The notes below the pieces were generated by a model, which made no database searches, was not told the DNA's origin, and saw only the letters and a list, made by a program, of their open reading frames with translations. A program made the position numbers and the translations under genes. Shown piece after piece: positions 11,301-18,865 of a stretch of DNA of 64,000 nt (within the stretch, counting starts at the first letter, position 1; each line of letters starts with the position of its first letter). The stretch comes from a bacterium (GTDB taxonomy: Bacteria > UBP15 > UBA6099), in the NCBI GenBank assembly GCA_041664945.1, contig JBAYJY010000002.1, positions 8,721 to 72,720 of the forward strand, in the 5' to 3' direction.

Positions 11301-14300
11301 GGCGCACCTGACGACATGGAATCTGGATTGGAAATCCATGTTGTGTCCGGAAGGACAGCCGACAATAAAGCTATATGACATGAACGGAATCTCGCTTGCC
11401 GGGCAGTCGGTATATGTGACTATTAACATATCGGGTTGGAACTCATGGCCTAATATAGTAACGGACGGATTTGTAAGTTTCCCAAGGGCGCCCAAGGATA
11501 TAGACTGGCAGTTGTGGGCGCAATGGAACGGATATACGTCAAAAGTGATGACGGTAAAGAATTGCGTTGTAGAGGAAAATCTCCAAGTCGGCCCGTGCGA
11601 TATGAAATGCGGGAACGACGCCGCATGCAGTGATGGGAATAATATGACGTATGACGTCTGCATGAGGCCGGGGCAGTGTACGGCGTCCTGCGTCAACATG
11701 CAATGCGCGCCCGTTTGCAACTCTGACGCCTCCTGCGACGACGGCAAACCGACGACGACGGACACATGCAGGAATGCAGGCGCGTGCGGCGCGTACTGCT
11801 CACACGTTAGCTGCAATGTTGGCTGCGGCTCAGACGCGAACTGCGAGGACGGCGATCCCGACACGCTCGACGTTTGTCTGCTGCCGGGCACATGCAATGC
11901 GACATGCAAAAAATATGACGTTCATTGCGATGTGCAGTTGGATAAAGTGAATTACTTCGCCGGCGATGAGATGCAGATCACTCTGACAGCCGTAAATAAA
12001 GGGCCGGCGGCGGTGACATGCGGAGTGGAGTCGGCGCTGAAAAGGGAACAGTCGATTGCGGTGTGGAATTCTTTCGACGACGGCATTTACATCACAATCG
12101 CTCCGGGTGATTCAGTGACGCAGACAATATATAAAACTATTCCGGACACCTGGGTCGCCACAGATTCCAACGCCGGGTCGGATTATGATTTGTACACAGT
12201 CCGGGAGGATGGAACGCGTTGGGACGGACGCGACAACTTCAACATTCACGTGCACAAGCCATGCGTGGTCGCATGCAAGACGGACGCGGAGTGCGCCGAC
12301 ACAAATCAAAATACTTATGATGTTTGCAAGGCTCCCTATCAATGTTTCTCTGCATGCAATCATCTGACATGCCCAGTGGCATGCGCTTCCGACTACGGCT
12401 GCGATGACGGCAACTCCGCGACAACGGACAGTTGCGCGAACCCGAAAACTTGCGACGCGAAGTGCTTCAACGGCTCGTGCGCGATCAAATGCACAACCAA
12501 TGCCGGATGTGATGACGGCAATCCGATGACCGCCGATTTATGCAGTCAGCCGGGCACATGCTCCTCGGCCTGCGTCAATGCGAACTGCACGCCTGTTTGC
12601 TCGAACGACTCGCAGTGCGACGATACCGATCCGCTCACGAGAGACACATGCGAGAATATCGGTTCGTGCGAAGCGACTTGCGCGCACACTGCCTGTGCGC
12701 CTGCGTGCGAGTTGGACTCGGAATGCGATGACACCGACCCGCTGACGATAGACTCCTGCCTGAATCCGAATACGTGCAATGCAGCCTGTACGCACGTCGC
12801 TTGTTCGCCGATATGTTCTGCTGATGGAGACTGTGACGACAATAATCTGCAAACATTGGATACATGCAAGAATCCGAACACATGCGCCGCTGAGTGCGAA
12901 AACTCGGCATGCACGCCACAATGCACTCAAAACTCTGACTGTAATGACAACAACGCGCTCACGCCTGTCGATGAATGCGTCAATCCGAACACATGCGCCG
13001 CGGAATGCAAAAACTGCACGCCATTCTGCGTAAACGATGTCAAGTGCGATGACTTCAATCTGGCCACGCGCGACAAGTGCGAAAACCCGAACACATGCAG
13101 CGCAACATGCTCCAATACGACATGCACGCCGGCGTGCGTAAATAACGCCGGATGCGACGACGATAACGCAGCTACTGCTGACGAGTGCTCAGCGCCGAAT
13201 ACTTGCGAAGCATTATGTAAAAATGTCGTTCCGGCGTGCAACAATAACGCCGACTGCAACGACAATAATCCGGGAACGGCGGACATCTGCTTGTTTCCGG
13301 GCAAGTTCTCGGCGAAATGCTCCAATACGTACAATTCGGTGTTTGTGTCCACGGCGAAAAACAGTTCGTGCTACATTGATGGCGGAACCGTAAAATGCTG
13401 GGGGTCAAATGGATATGGACAGCTTGGCGACGGCACGACAAATTATTCAGCAACGCTGGTAACTGTCAGTGGAATCACAAATGCGACAGCGCTCACGTCG
13501 GGGACGGACCACACATGCGCTCTGCTTTCCGACGGCGGCGTGAAATGCTGGGGTATAAATGATTACGGAACGCTTGGAAATGGAACGGGGATTGATTCAA
13601 GCGTCCCTGTAAGCGTTACGGATATGATGAACGTTGTTTCGGTTTCAGCAGGAGGCTCAAGCGCATGCGCTGTGATGAGAGACGGCTGGCTGAAATGCTG
13701 GGGGTATAATAAAAACGGAGAACTCGGAGACGGAACAACTAAGAACGCTTTCGTTCCCACGACTGTCGTTGGAATCACGAATGCGATATCCGTTTCGGTC
13801 GGATCCGGCTTTGCTTGCGCGCTTCTCAACAGCGGCGGCGTGAAATGCTGGGGCGATAATGCATTCGGAACTCTTGGGAACGGAACACCGGTCAATTCGT
13901 TATTGCCGGTTGCCGTCAGCGGGATAACCAACGCAGTTTCGGTGTCCGCCGGGAACAAGCAAGCGTGCGCGCTCCTTTCCGGAGGGAGCGTCATGTGCTG
14001 GGGGATGACTATTGTGGACGGGCAATTAAATATTGTGGAAACTCCGATAGAAATGCCCGGCGTAACAAACGCGTCGGCGGTTTCCGTCGGTAGTTTTTAC
14101 GTATGCGCAGTTATATCCGGCGGAAGTATGAAATGCTGGGGTGGCAACACTGAAGGACAGCTTGGGAGTGGCTCTGTTTCCACCATGCTTCCTCCCGCGC
14201 CTGTACCAGTTCTAAACGTCTCTGACGCTGTCAGCATTTCTGCAAGCGTATATCATACATGCGCGTTTCTTGCCTCTGGAAACGTCAAATGCTGGGGGAA

Positions 14301-14460
14301 TAACGATTATGGCAAGCTCGGCAACGGAACTACCGTTAGTTCAGCTACGCCTGTAGATGTGACGGCGTGTTTGACGGATGTCCACTGCGACGACGGCAAT
14401 TCGCAAACTACGGATGTATGCAACAAGCCGGGGCAGCCGGATGCTTATTGTACGCATTGA
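8377..14460 (+). CDS. giant secreted multidomain protein: subtilisin-like (S8) protease, Ig-like domains, Cys-rich repeat arrays and an RCC1-like beta-propeller
   Basis: 2027 aa. The signal peptide is SFRLILSFFIIFISTQAGA, and an SD-like GGGGGAA precedes the ATG. The S8 triad motifs are AALDTGVD (Asp codon 9376-9378), HGTQVAG (His 9481-9483) and GTSMSAAF (Ser 9961-9963). A PKD-like segment lies at ~10165-10400, a carboxypeptidase-regulatory-like segment at ~10417-10615, and a CARDB-like segment at ~11932-12255. Confidence 0.85.
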   Translation: MASAKKRSFRLILSFFIIFISTQAGAKELKLTQGWQIVSVPVKAISSGETPSDIAANTSIYSYDAGQVAEAVGKPLVSGRGYWIYMREAKTISVPEVKAGPDSAFKVKLEPGWNIIGNPYEYPLDPAVSLRISGAAFQDSKKVIPVLLTYDGDSGTYRYAQILEQWKGYCVYANEAAELEIIPAIYEGPVPDMPDLYVFPFNGGAQIADAGNGVKYVAGQLIAAFGSGITYEEASRVAREAGLSVAGGDRDAGVYQLQIPPGMNAEAAESALAAAGGVIEVAKNYLFKVQAVPNDPVFTVPPVAGAGWGFEKIGMPGLWAEFAPKNAPVVAALDTGVDKTHPELAGRVLEGRNFVNSSAGADTSDENGHGTQVAGVIAAAGNNSAGMAGVCWNCRILPVKVCDASGQCPMMSIMNGISYAADMKAPIINLGIGGDMPLDDAAKAIIRIYVKLARSKGSIIVAPAGNSSTDNFGTLTGTDSGVVNVAATDANDNRATFSNYGGMVNVAAPGENIYTTDMNGGYKTVSGTSMSAAFVSGAAALLISAGDNLTVANAIDLIAVTVDPVSSNEPIGGRLNVSLAMKYYRHYTNKAPEIVNVEVMPGATNKSYTLKANVTDQDGDAITYKWAAGSGVFSAGAAQKTWTLDKEIKGVYTITLTATDAFGGSAESRVGVNVSGTDPAQLTVKVIDANGVAVTGAMAEVGGSGTFTTGADGRFSVNAGAADGVYAIKIKIIKEGFVDKFATFRVLAGSLENGTQNMTVELERTPTGSGAARGLIVHADGTTDTALPSNGSAAATVTVGATDRAVEFITPEVGGEPAKVGIKFGDETGAGPGAAATLGVTGQVTASIIYGDPTSESDILRMFPGEFLTNGDTGFGGSGEGALVTGGFARIDLTDAAGAPIKNFAAGAEALVTMRMPFGVQNPETGKMAAQGDTIPILFYDENAGEWIVEHEAAGSVKRAEIQQDADGMFVQFKVAHLTTWNLDWKSMLCPEGQPTIKLYDMNGISLAGQSVYVTINISGWNSWPNIVTDGFVSFPRAPKDIDWQLWAQWNGYTSKVMTVKNCVVEENLQVGPCDMKCGNDAACSDGNNMTYDVCMRPGQCTASCVNMQCAPVCNSDASCDDGKPTTTDTCRNAGACGAYCSHVSCNVGCGSDANCEDGDPDTLDVCLLPGTCNATCKKYDVHCDVQLDKVNYFAGDEMQITLTAVNKGPAAVTCGVESALKREQSIAVWNSFDDGIYITIAPGDSVTQTIYKTIPDTWVATDSNAGSDYDLYTVREDGTRWDGRDNFNIHVHKPCVVACKTDAECADTNQNTYDVCKAPYQCFSACNHLTCPVACASDYGCDDGNSATTDSCANPKTCDAKCFNGSCAIKCTTNAGCDDGNPMTADLCSQPGTCSSACVNANCTPVCSNDSQCDDTDPLTRDTCENIGSCEATCAHTACAPACELDSECDDTDPLTIDSCLNPNTCNAACTHVACSPICSADGDCDDNNLQTLDTCKNPNTCAAECENSACTPQCTQNSDCNDNNALTPVDECVNPNTCAAECKNCTPFCVNDVKCDDFNLATRDKCENPNTCSATCSNTTCTPACVNNAGCDDDNAATADECSAPNTCEALCKNVVPACNNNADCNDNNPGTADICLFPGKFSAKCSNTYNSVFVSTAKNSSCYIDGGTVKCWGSNGYGQLGDGTTNYSATLVTVSGITNATALTSGTDHTCALLSDGGVKCWGINDYGTLGNGTGIDSSVPVSVTDMMNVVSVSAGGSSACAVMRDGWLKCWGYNKNGELGDGTTKNAFVPTTVVGITNAISVSVGSGFACALLNSGGVKCWGDNAFGTLGNGTPVNSLLPVAVSGITNAVSVSAGNKQACALLSGGSVMCWGMTIVDGQLNIVETPIEMPGVTNASAVSVGSFYVCAVISGGSMKCWGGNTEGQLGSGSVSTMLPPAPVPVLNVSDAVSISASVYHTCAFLASGNVKCWGNNDYGKLGNGTTVSSATPVDVTACLTDVHCDDGNSQTTDVCNKPGQPDAYCTH
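9250..10125 (+). other. peptidase S8 (subtilase) catalytic domain of the giant protein
   Basis: The D-H-S triad motifs appear in canonical order and spacing (DTG ... HGT ... GTSMS). Confidence 0.8.
11596..11931 (+). repeat. coding repeat block A: 3 copies of a 36-aa six-cysteine module
   Basis: The three copies are CDMKCGNDAACSDGNNMTYDVCMRPGQCTASCVNMQ, CAPVCNSDASCDDGKPTTTDTCRNAGACGAYCSHVS and CNVGCGSDANCEDGDPDTLDVCLLPGTCNATCKKYDVH. Confidence 0.8.
12262..13332 (+). repeat. coding repeat block B: 10 tandem copies (108-nt period) of the same six-cysteine module
   Basis: The pattern read from the translation is C-x2-x-C-x3-x2-C-[DN]-D-x-[ND]-x2-T-x-D-x-C-x-[NQ]-P-x-[TS]-C-x-A-x-C-x3. An example copy is CSPICSADGDCDDNNLQTLDTCKNPNTCAAECENSA. 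Confidence 0.85.
13364..14364 (+). repeat. seven RCC1-like repeats (predicted 7-blade beta-propeller)
   Basis: There are seven ~50-aa units with [GS]xVKCWGxNxxGxLGxGT ... V ... G[IV]TNAxxVSxGxxxxCAL. Confidence 0.8.
14368..14457 (+). repeat. orphan 14th Cys-rich module at the extreme C-terminus
   Basis: CLTDVHCDDGNSQTTDVCNKPGQPDAYCTH follows the propeller and has the same CDDGNxxTxDxC core. Confidence 0.7.
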
Positions 14461-14497
14461 GTTTCCGGAAGAAGGCAAAAGAATAGATAAAATAAAA

Positions 14498-14535
14498 AGC
14501 CGCCCCGGCCTTCAGGACGGGGCGGCTTTGTTTTA
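14498..14535. terminator. bidirectional rho-independent terminator between convergent genes
   Basis: The sequence is AAAAAGCCGCCCCG-gccttcagga-CGGGGCGGCTTTGTTTT. It forms a 10-bp GC-rich stem flanked by an A-run and a T-run, and lies between the stops at 14460 (+) and 14583 (-). Confidence 0.8.
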
Positions 14536-14582
14536 TCCGAGAAAAATAATCCCGAATTCTTAGTAGAGAAGCTTATTCGAAA

Positions 14583-15617
14583 TTATCTCTTTTCCGAAAG
14601 AGTTCTGCCTTTGAAGAAATCGTCCCACAGTTTGTCGGGAAGGTCCGGGTTGAGGGTCAGGTCGGAGAAGAGCATGACCTGAATCAGTTTGCCGTTCTCA
14701 TATTCCTGCAGTCCGACGAACATAAGCGTTTCTGGATCGATGAATGTTTCAACTTTGGTGATTCCGCGATTCGTTTTCACATTTTTAGGAACCATAGTTA
14801 TCATGTAAATGGAGGCGGGCCGGTTAATGTTTTTCTTAAGGGTGAGCCAGCCGGTGGTTTTGTCGTGGTCGTAATCCTCGCGTGTGTAGAGAGGAACTTT
14901 GGAAAGCGAGACTTTGCCGTCCTTGAAATAGTGTTCGTAACGTTTCATCGTTCTGCCGATGCCGAGGCCGGCGATGTCGTTGCCGCGCAGGTCTCGCATG
15001 TCGGTGATCGGCTTGTGATAGACTTCTTTGCGGGATGCGATCATGAGGAGTTTCATTGCCGCTTTCCACACCATCGGAACCGGCATCGCATTAAACTCTT
15101 TGTCTTTCAGGTATGGGAAAACAATGAAAATTTCGTCATCGTTTTTGTATCCGTAATTAAGCATTGTGCCTTTTGCGAAAGTGAGCATGTAGGCGACGCC
15201 GCGGTCGATAAGGCTGCCTTCTTCGAGATTTTCATTGAGCGATAGATCGTAGCCGAGGAGAGCCTTGTCCGGCTTTTTGAAACGGACGTCGAAAATGCGG
15301 TAATCCCATTTGATTTTGGGCGGTTCCTTGGGTTTTCCTTCGCTGGTTATGAAAACTTCGGGAAAGTTCTTAATGAACAAATCCGTCCTGTAAGTCCACG
15401 AGAACAGCTTGCAGTGATAAGAATTGATATCTTTGTCCCATTTGTTTGCGACTGCCGTCCAAAGAGAAACGGGGGTGTATTTTTCCGCAGCGGCGGTAGC
15501 TTTCGCCGGCGCCTTGGTCTTGGCCGCTTTAGTCGCCGCAAGCGTCATCTGCGTCGAGAACAAAAACGCGCAGACACATAGCGCCATAATGCATTTGATT
15601 TTTGTGTTTCTGCCCAT
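14583..15617 (-). CDS. hypothetical secreted protein (possibly LolA/DUF1571-like fold)
   Basis: 344 aa. The signal peptide is CIMALCVCAFLFSTQMTLAA, followed by a Lys/Ala-rich linker. I recognise no catalytic motif, and the fold suggestion is weak. Confidence 0.5.
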   Translation of the reverse strand: MGRNTKIKCIMALCVCAFLFSTQMTLAATKAAKTKAPAKATAAAEKYTPVSLWTAVANKWDKDINSYHCKLFSWTYRTDLFIKNFPEVFITSEGKPKEPPKIKWDYRIFDVRFKKPDKALLGYDLSLNENLEEGSLIDRGVAYMLTFAKGTMLNYGYKNDDEIFIVFPYLKDKEFNAMPVPMVWKAAMKLLMIASRKEVYHKPITDMRDLRGNDIAGLGIGRTMKRYEHYFKDGKVSLSKVPLYTREDYDHDKTTGWLTLKKNINRPASIYMITMVPKNVKTNRGITKVETFIDPETLMFVGLQEYENGKLIQVMLFSDLTLNPDLPDKLWDDFFKGRTLSEKR

Positions 15618-15972
15618 GTTGCTGTCACCTCAAATGTTATTTGTTACCTACATAAGTTAATATGAAAAGTCGCCTTAAGCTTACAGGCGAACGAAAACTG
15701 AGATCAGATTCTACCCGCGCCGGGTAGGATTTTGAACCCTTTTTTTAAAATATCCGTAACACAAGTCAATGTAGCGGCTGAAATCAGGCTGCGCAGCGGC
15801 GGCCAGCGAATCCGGAATTGTTATTACAGGCAAAAATGAAGCGGCGGCGGCGGCGGAATATTTTGACGGCCGAATACTTTCACAGCGCGTTGTTTCTGAT
15901 AGAATATATATAAATTAAAATCCTTTAAGTAGAAACGGGCGGGTTTCAAATGAAATTGGAGCTCATAATAAA

Positions 15973-16494
15973 ATGACAGTAAATGAAGGCAATAAAACAG
16001 AAGATCAGTTTCGGGTAAAAGCGCACGAGATAATCGACGAGCTATCGGCAGAGGACTTGGTCGAGGCCGCGTACTTTCTTGAAGATTTGTTGATCAACAA
16101 ATGCGCTGAAGCGGCGAAAAGCGGGAAGGCCGAAGTTGTCGGAAGCGAGCGGCGGGTGTTCAAGCGGCTCAGGGCGCATGTGCCGGTGGCATATAAAACT
16201 TTGGATGAGCCAGGCATGCACAAGCGCGTTTCGTCGCTGGACATAAGCACGGGCGGGATCAGCTTTGTGCTATGGTCGGCCGACCGGGTCAGGATGGGCG
16301 ATTACGTTGAACTCAGTTTCACGTTGCCCGGCAAGAGAGGGCTGATAACAGTTCAGGCTCAGATCAAGCGGGTGGCGCCGGCGAAAAGCGGAAGCGGTTA
16401 CGAGGTTGGCGTTGAATTCATTCATATCACGGATGATCAACAGCGGCTGATCGATGAGTTTATAGGCGATACCGGCGACGGAAAGCAGGACTGA
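15973..16494 (+). CDS. PilZ domain protein (putative c-di-GMP receptor)
   Basis: 173 aa. It has an RxxxR motif (ERRVFKRLRAH) and a D/NxSxxG motif (LDISTGGISF) in the correct order and spacing. About 50 aa of helical N-terminal extension precede the domain. Confidence 0.75.
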   Translation: MTVNEGNKTEDQFRVKAHEIIDELSAEDLVEAAYFLEDLLINKCAEAAKSGKAEVVGSERRVFKRLRAHVPVAYKTLDEPGMHKRVSSLDISTGGISFVLWSADRVRMGDYVELSFTLPGKRGLITVQAQIKRVAPAKSGSGYEVGVEFIHITDDQQRLIDEFIGDTGDGKQD

Positions 16495-16635
16495 AACGGC
16501 GTCGCTGTCGCTTTCAGGCGAATTAAACTAATATTTCAAATCCAAATAATTAAAAATATTTGTTGTAAAAACGGCTTGAAGTTCTATATTATATGTCTCG
16601 GAGTTAGGAACGAACTCTTTTGCGAGGTGCGCAAC

Positions 16636-17394
16636 ATGCCCGATAACGAAGTGATTCTCCGAATTAAAAACCTGTCGAAAATTTACGACAACACAGTGCT
16701 TGCCGTGGACAATCTGGATCTCGACATTCACTCGAGCGAGATTTACTGCATGCTTGGCGCGAACGGGGCCGGCAAAACGTCCACGCTGATGCTGATACTC
16801 GGCTTCTCCGACCCGACGGGCGGATCGGTCGAGATATGCGGCATCGACGTTAACAAGGATCCGCTCAAGGCGAAGAAGAAGGTCGCTTTCGTGTCCGAAA
16901 ACGTGCAGCTTTACGGCAACTTCACCGGCCGCCAGAACCTCGATTTCTTCACGAAACTGGCAGGCAGGCCGAACGTGTCCGACGATGAATACAACAAGGT
17001 GCTGCTGCGTGTCGGACTCGCCGAAGCGGCGCACAAGCGCCGCGTGAAGGGCTATTCGAAAGGGATGCGCCAGAGGCTCGGAATAGCGATCGCGATCATG
17101 AAGCAGGCGCAGCTCATACTGCTCGACGAACCGACGTCGGGACTCGACCCGAAAGGCGGCATGGAGTTCCTGCGCCTGTGCGACGAAATGCGGCAGGAGG
17201 GCAAGGGCATTCTAATGACGACGCACGACATCTTCCGCGCGAAGGAAATAGCGGACCGCGTCGGCATTATGAGTTCCGGCAACCTCGTGCGCGAGCTTGA
17301 ACGCAAGGAAATCGAGGATGAAAATCTTGAGGAACTTTATCTGAAATACATCAGTCAGGACATGACGCACGGCAAGGTCATCAGCAAGAAATAA
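16636..17394 (+). CDS. ABC transporter ATP-binding protein
   Basis: Walker A is GANGAGKTS, the signature is YSKGMRQRLGIA, and Walker B is LILLDEPTSGLD. I chose ATG 16636 (MPDNEVILRIKNL) over the track's upstream start at 16576. Confidence 0.9.
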   Translation: MPDNEVILRIKNLSKIYDNTVLAVDNLDLDIHSSEIYCMLGANGAGKTSTLMLILGFSDPTGGSVEICGIDVNKDPLKAKKKVAFVSENVQLYGNFTGRQNLDFFTKLAGRPNVSDDEYNKVLLRVGLAEAAHKRRVKGYSKGMRQRLGIAIAIMKQAQLILLDEPTSGLDPKGGMEFLRLCDEMRQEGKGILMTTHDIFRAKEIADRVGIMSSGNLVRELERKEIEDENLEELYLKYISQDMTHGKVISKK

Positions 17395-17436
17395 GGCCGC
17401 CGCCAGCGGCGCCTTTATCACGGGGTAACGATAGCC

Positions 17437-18840
17437 ATGCTCTATCACATAATAAGAAAAGAAATGCTTCTCAACCTCGTCAGTTTCAGGTTCATCATTT
17501 CGATCTCTTTGTTGTTCGTGCTGGTGGTCGGAAGCATGAACATAATGGCGGTGAATTACGGGCGGCGCCTGCAGGACTACTCGGTCGGCGCTGATATGCA
17601 CGCGACTGATTTGGCGAGCATGAACAGCCGCCCGCAGTTCGAGGCGTTCGGAGTGACGAAGGATCCGCGCCCGGCAATGCTGGGGATTTTCTCGATCGGG
17701 CTGGACCCGCAGATGAGCCGCTCGATCAGCATACCCGGCTTCGCGATGGGCGGCGGGGGCGGCGGCGGCGGACGGATTGTTTTTTCATACTCAAAGCTCG
17801 CAGGAGTCTCGCCGGAGGGCAGCAAGTATGCCAACCCGATTTTTAATCTCTTCCAGCCGCCAGATTTCATATACATCGTAAATATCGTTCTCAGCCTTCT
17901 CGCTATCCTTTTCGCTTTCGACTGCATCTCCGGAGAAAAGGAAAATCAGACACTCAAACTGATGCTCACGAATTCGATTCCCCGCGATGTCATACTGATA
18001 GGGAAATGGATCGGCGGCACTCTCTCTCTTCTTATTCCGTTCATTATATCTTTCGGGATCGGGTTTCTAACGGTGATGATGCGGCCCAACGTTGATTTAT
18101 CGAACGGCGCCGGCTTGCGCGTGCTTCTGATATTATTACTTTCCCTGCTGTTCATCGCGGTGTTCTTTTTGGTCGGAATGGTATTCTCAACATTCGCGGC
18201 GCGTTCATCCACCGCTTTAATTACATCGCTGTTCGCCTGGGTTTTCTTCGTGATCGTGATTCCAAACATCGCGCCGGTAATCTCGCGCCAGTTTGTGCCG
18301 ATCAAGACCTCCGATTCTATAGTTCGAGAGGCCGAGCGAATGGAACAGGACATGACGCACGAGATATGGAAAAAAGAGAGAAGCGATGAAGAACAGAAAA
18401 AAATGGTGGATAAGATGCACAAGGATCTGCCTGAAAAAGTCCGGGCGCTCGAAGACCGATGGCTGAACAGTCTCACGAGCCAAGTCAAACTCGCGATGAA
18501 TATCTCGCGCATCTCTCCGTCCGCCGATTACATCTTCGCATCAACCGCGATAGCCGGCACCGGCGTCGACGACTATCAGAAACTGCGCGATGAGATTCTC
18601 AGATACAGAACCCTCTTAAGCGACAATAGGAAAATATTCATCCAAAATGACGACTCAAAACCTATTCCGATGCTGTACATCAATATACTTATGGATAAAG
18701 TCCCAGTTTTTGAGGATCGCAGGCTGGATGTGGCGTCCAGCGTGAACAACGCGATCGTGGACTTCGCGATTCTTTCCGTTTATATGATCGTTCTATTTCT
18801 GATCGCGTTCCTCAAGTTCCTGAACTACGACGTAAAATAA
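17437..18840 (+). CDS. ABC-2 type transporter permease (large, with extracytoplasmic/cytoplasmic insertions)
   Basis: 467 aa. The N-terminus MLYHIIRKEMLLNLVSFRF is typical of ABC-2/NosY-like permeases. It has 6 hydrophobic helices, a Gly8 tract (GFAMGGGGGGGGR) and a charged helical insert before the last TM. Confidence 0.7.
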   Translation: MLYHIIRKEMLLNLVSFRFIISISLLFVLVVGSMNIMAVNYGRRLQDYSVGADMHATDLASMNSRPQFEAFGVTKDPRPAMLGIFSIGLDPQMSRSISIPGFAMGGGGGGGGRIVFSYSKLAGVSPEGSKYANPIFNLFQPPDFIYIVNIVLSLLAILFAFDCISGEKENQTLKLMLTNSIPRDVILIGKWIGGTLSLLIPFIISFGIGFLTVMMRPNVDLSNGAGLRVLLILLLSLLFIAVFFLVGMVFSTFAARSSTALITSLFAWVFFVIVIPNIAPVISRQFVPIKTSDSIVREAERMEQDMTHEIWKKERSDEEQKKMVDKMHKDLPEKVRALEDRWLNSLTSQVKLAMNISRISPSADYIFASTAIAGTGVDDYQKLRDEILRYRTLLSDNRKIFIQNDDSKPIPMLYINILMDKVPVFEDRRLDVASSVNNAIVDFAILSVYMIVLFLIAFLKFLNYDVK

Positions 18841-18865
18841 ATCCAACGGGAGAGCAAACGACATC

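Noticed and set aside
11596-13332. A regular ~108-nt periodicity that could be mistaken for a CRISPR or other non-coding repeat array.
   Set aside because: The period is a multiple of three inside one long ORF. The repeats are conserved at the protein level (Cys spacing) but diverged at the DNA level, and there is no repeat-spacer structure.
15670-15727. Two small hairpins (TCGCCT...AGGCGA and CTACCCG-cgc-CGGGTAG, followed by a T-run) in the 355-nt divergent intergenic region. They could mark a small RNA or an attenuator.
   Set aside because: The stems are short (6-7 bp) and no promoter can be confidently assigned. The evidence from sequence alone is insufficient.
15838-15913. A mini-ORF, MKRRRRRNILTAEYFHSALFLIEYI, containing a (GGC)5 tract in the divergent intergenic region. 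Other GGC/GGN tracts occur at 17745-17775 and 37627-37650.
   Set aside because: No SD is present and the composition is implausible, being most likely an artefact of the simple repeat. The other tracts encode poly-Gly linkers in frame. I see no evidence for phase variation.
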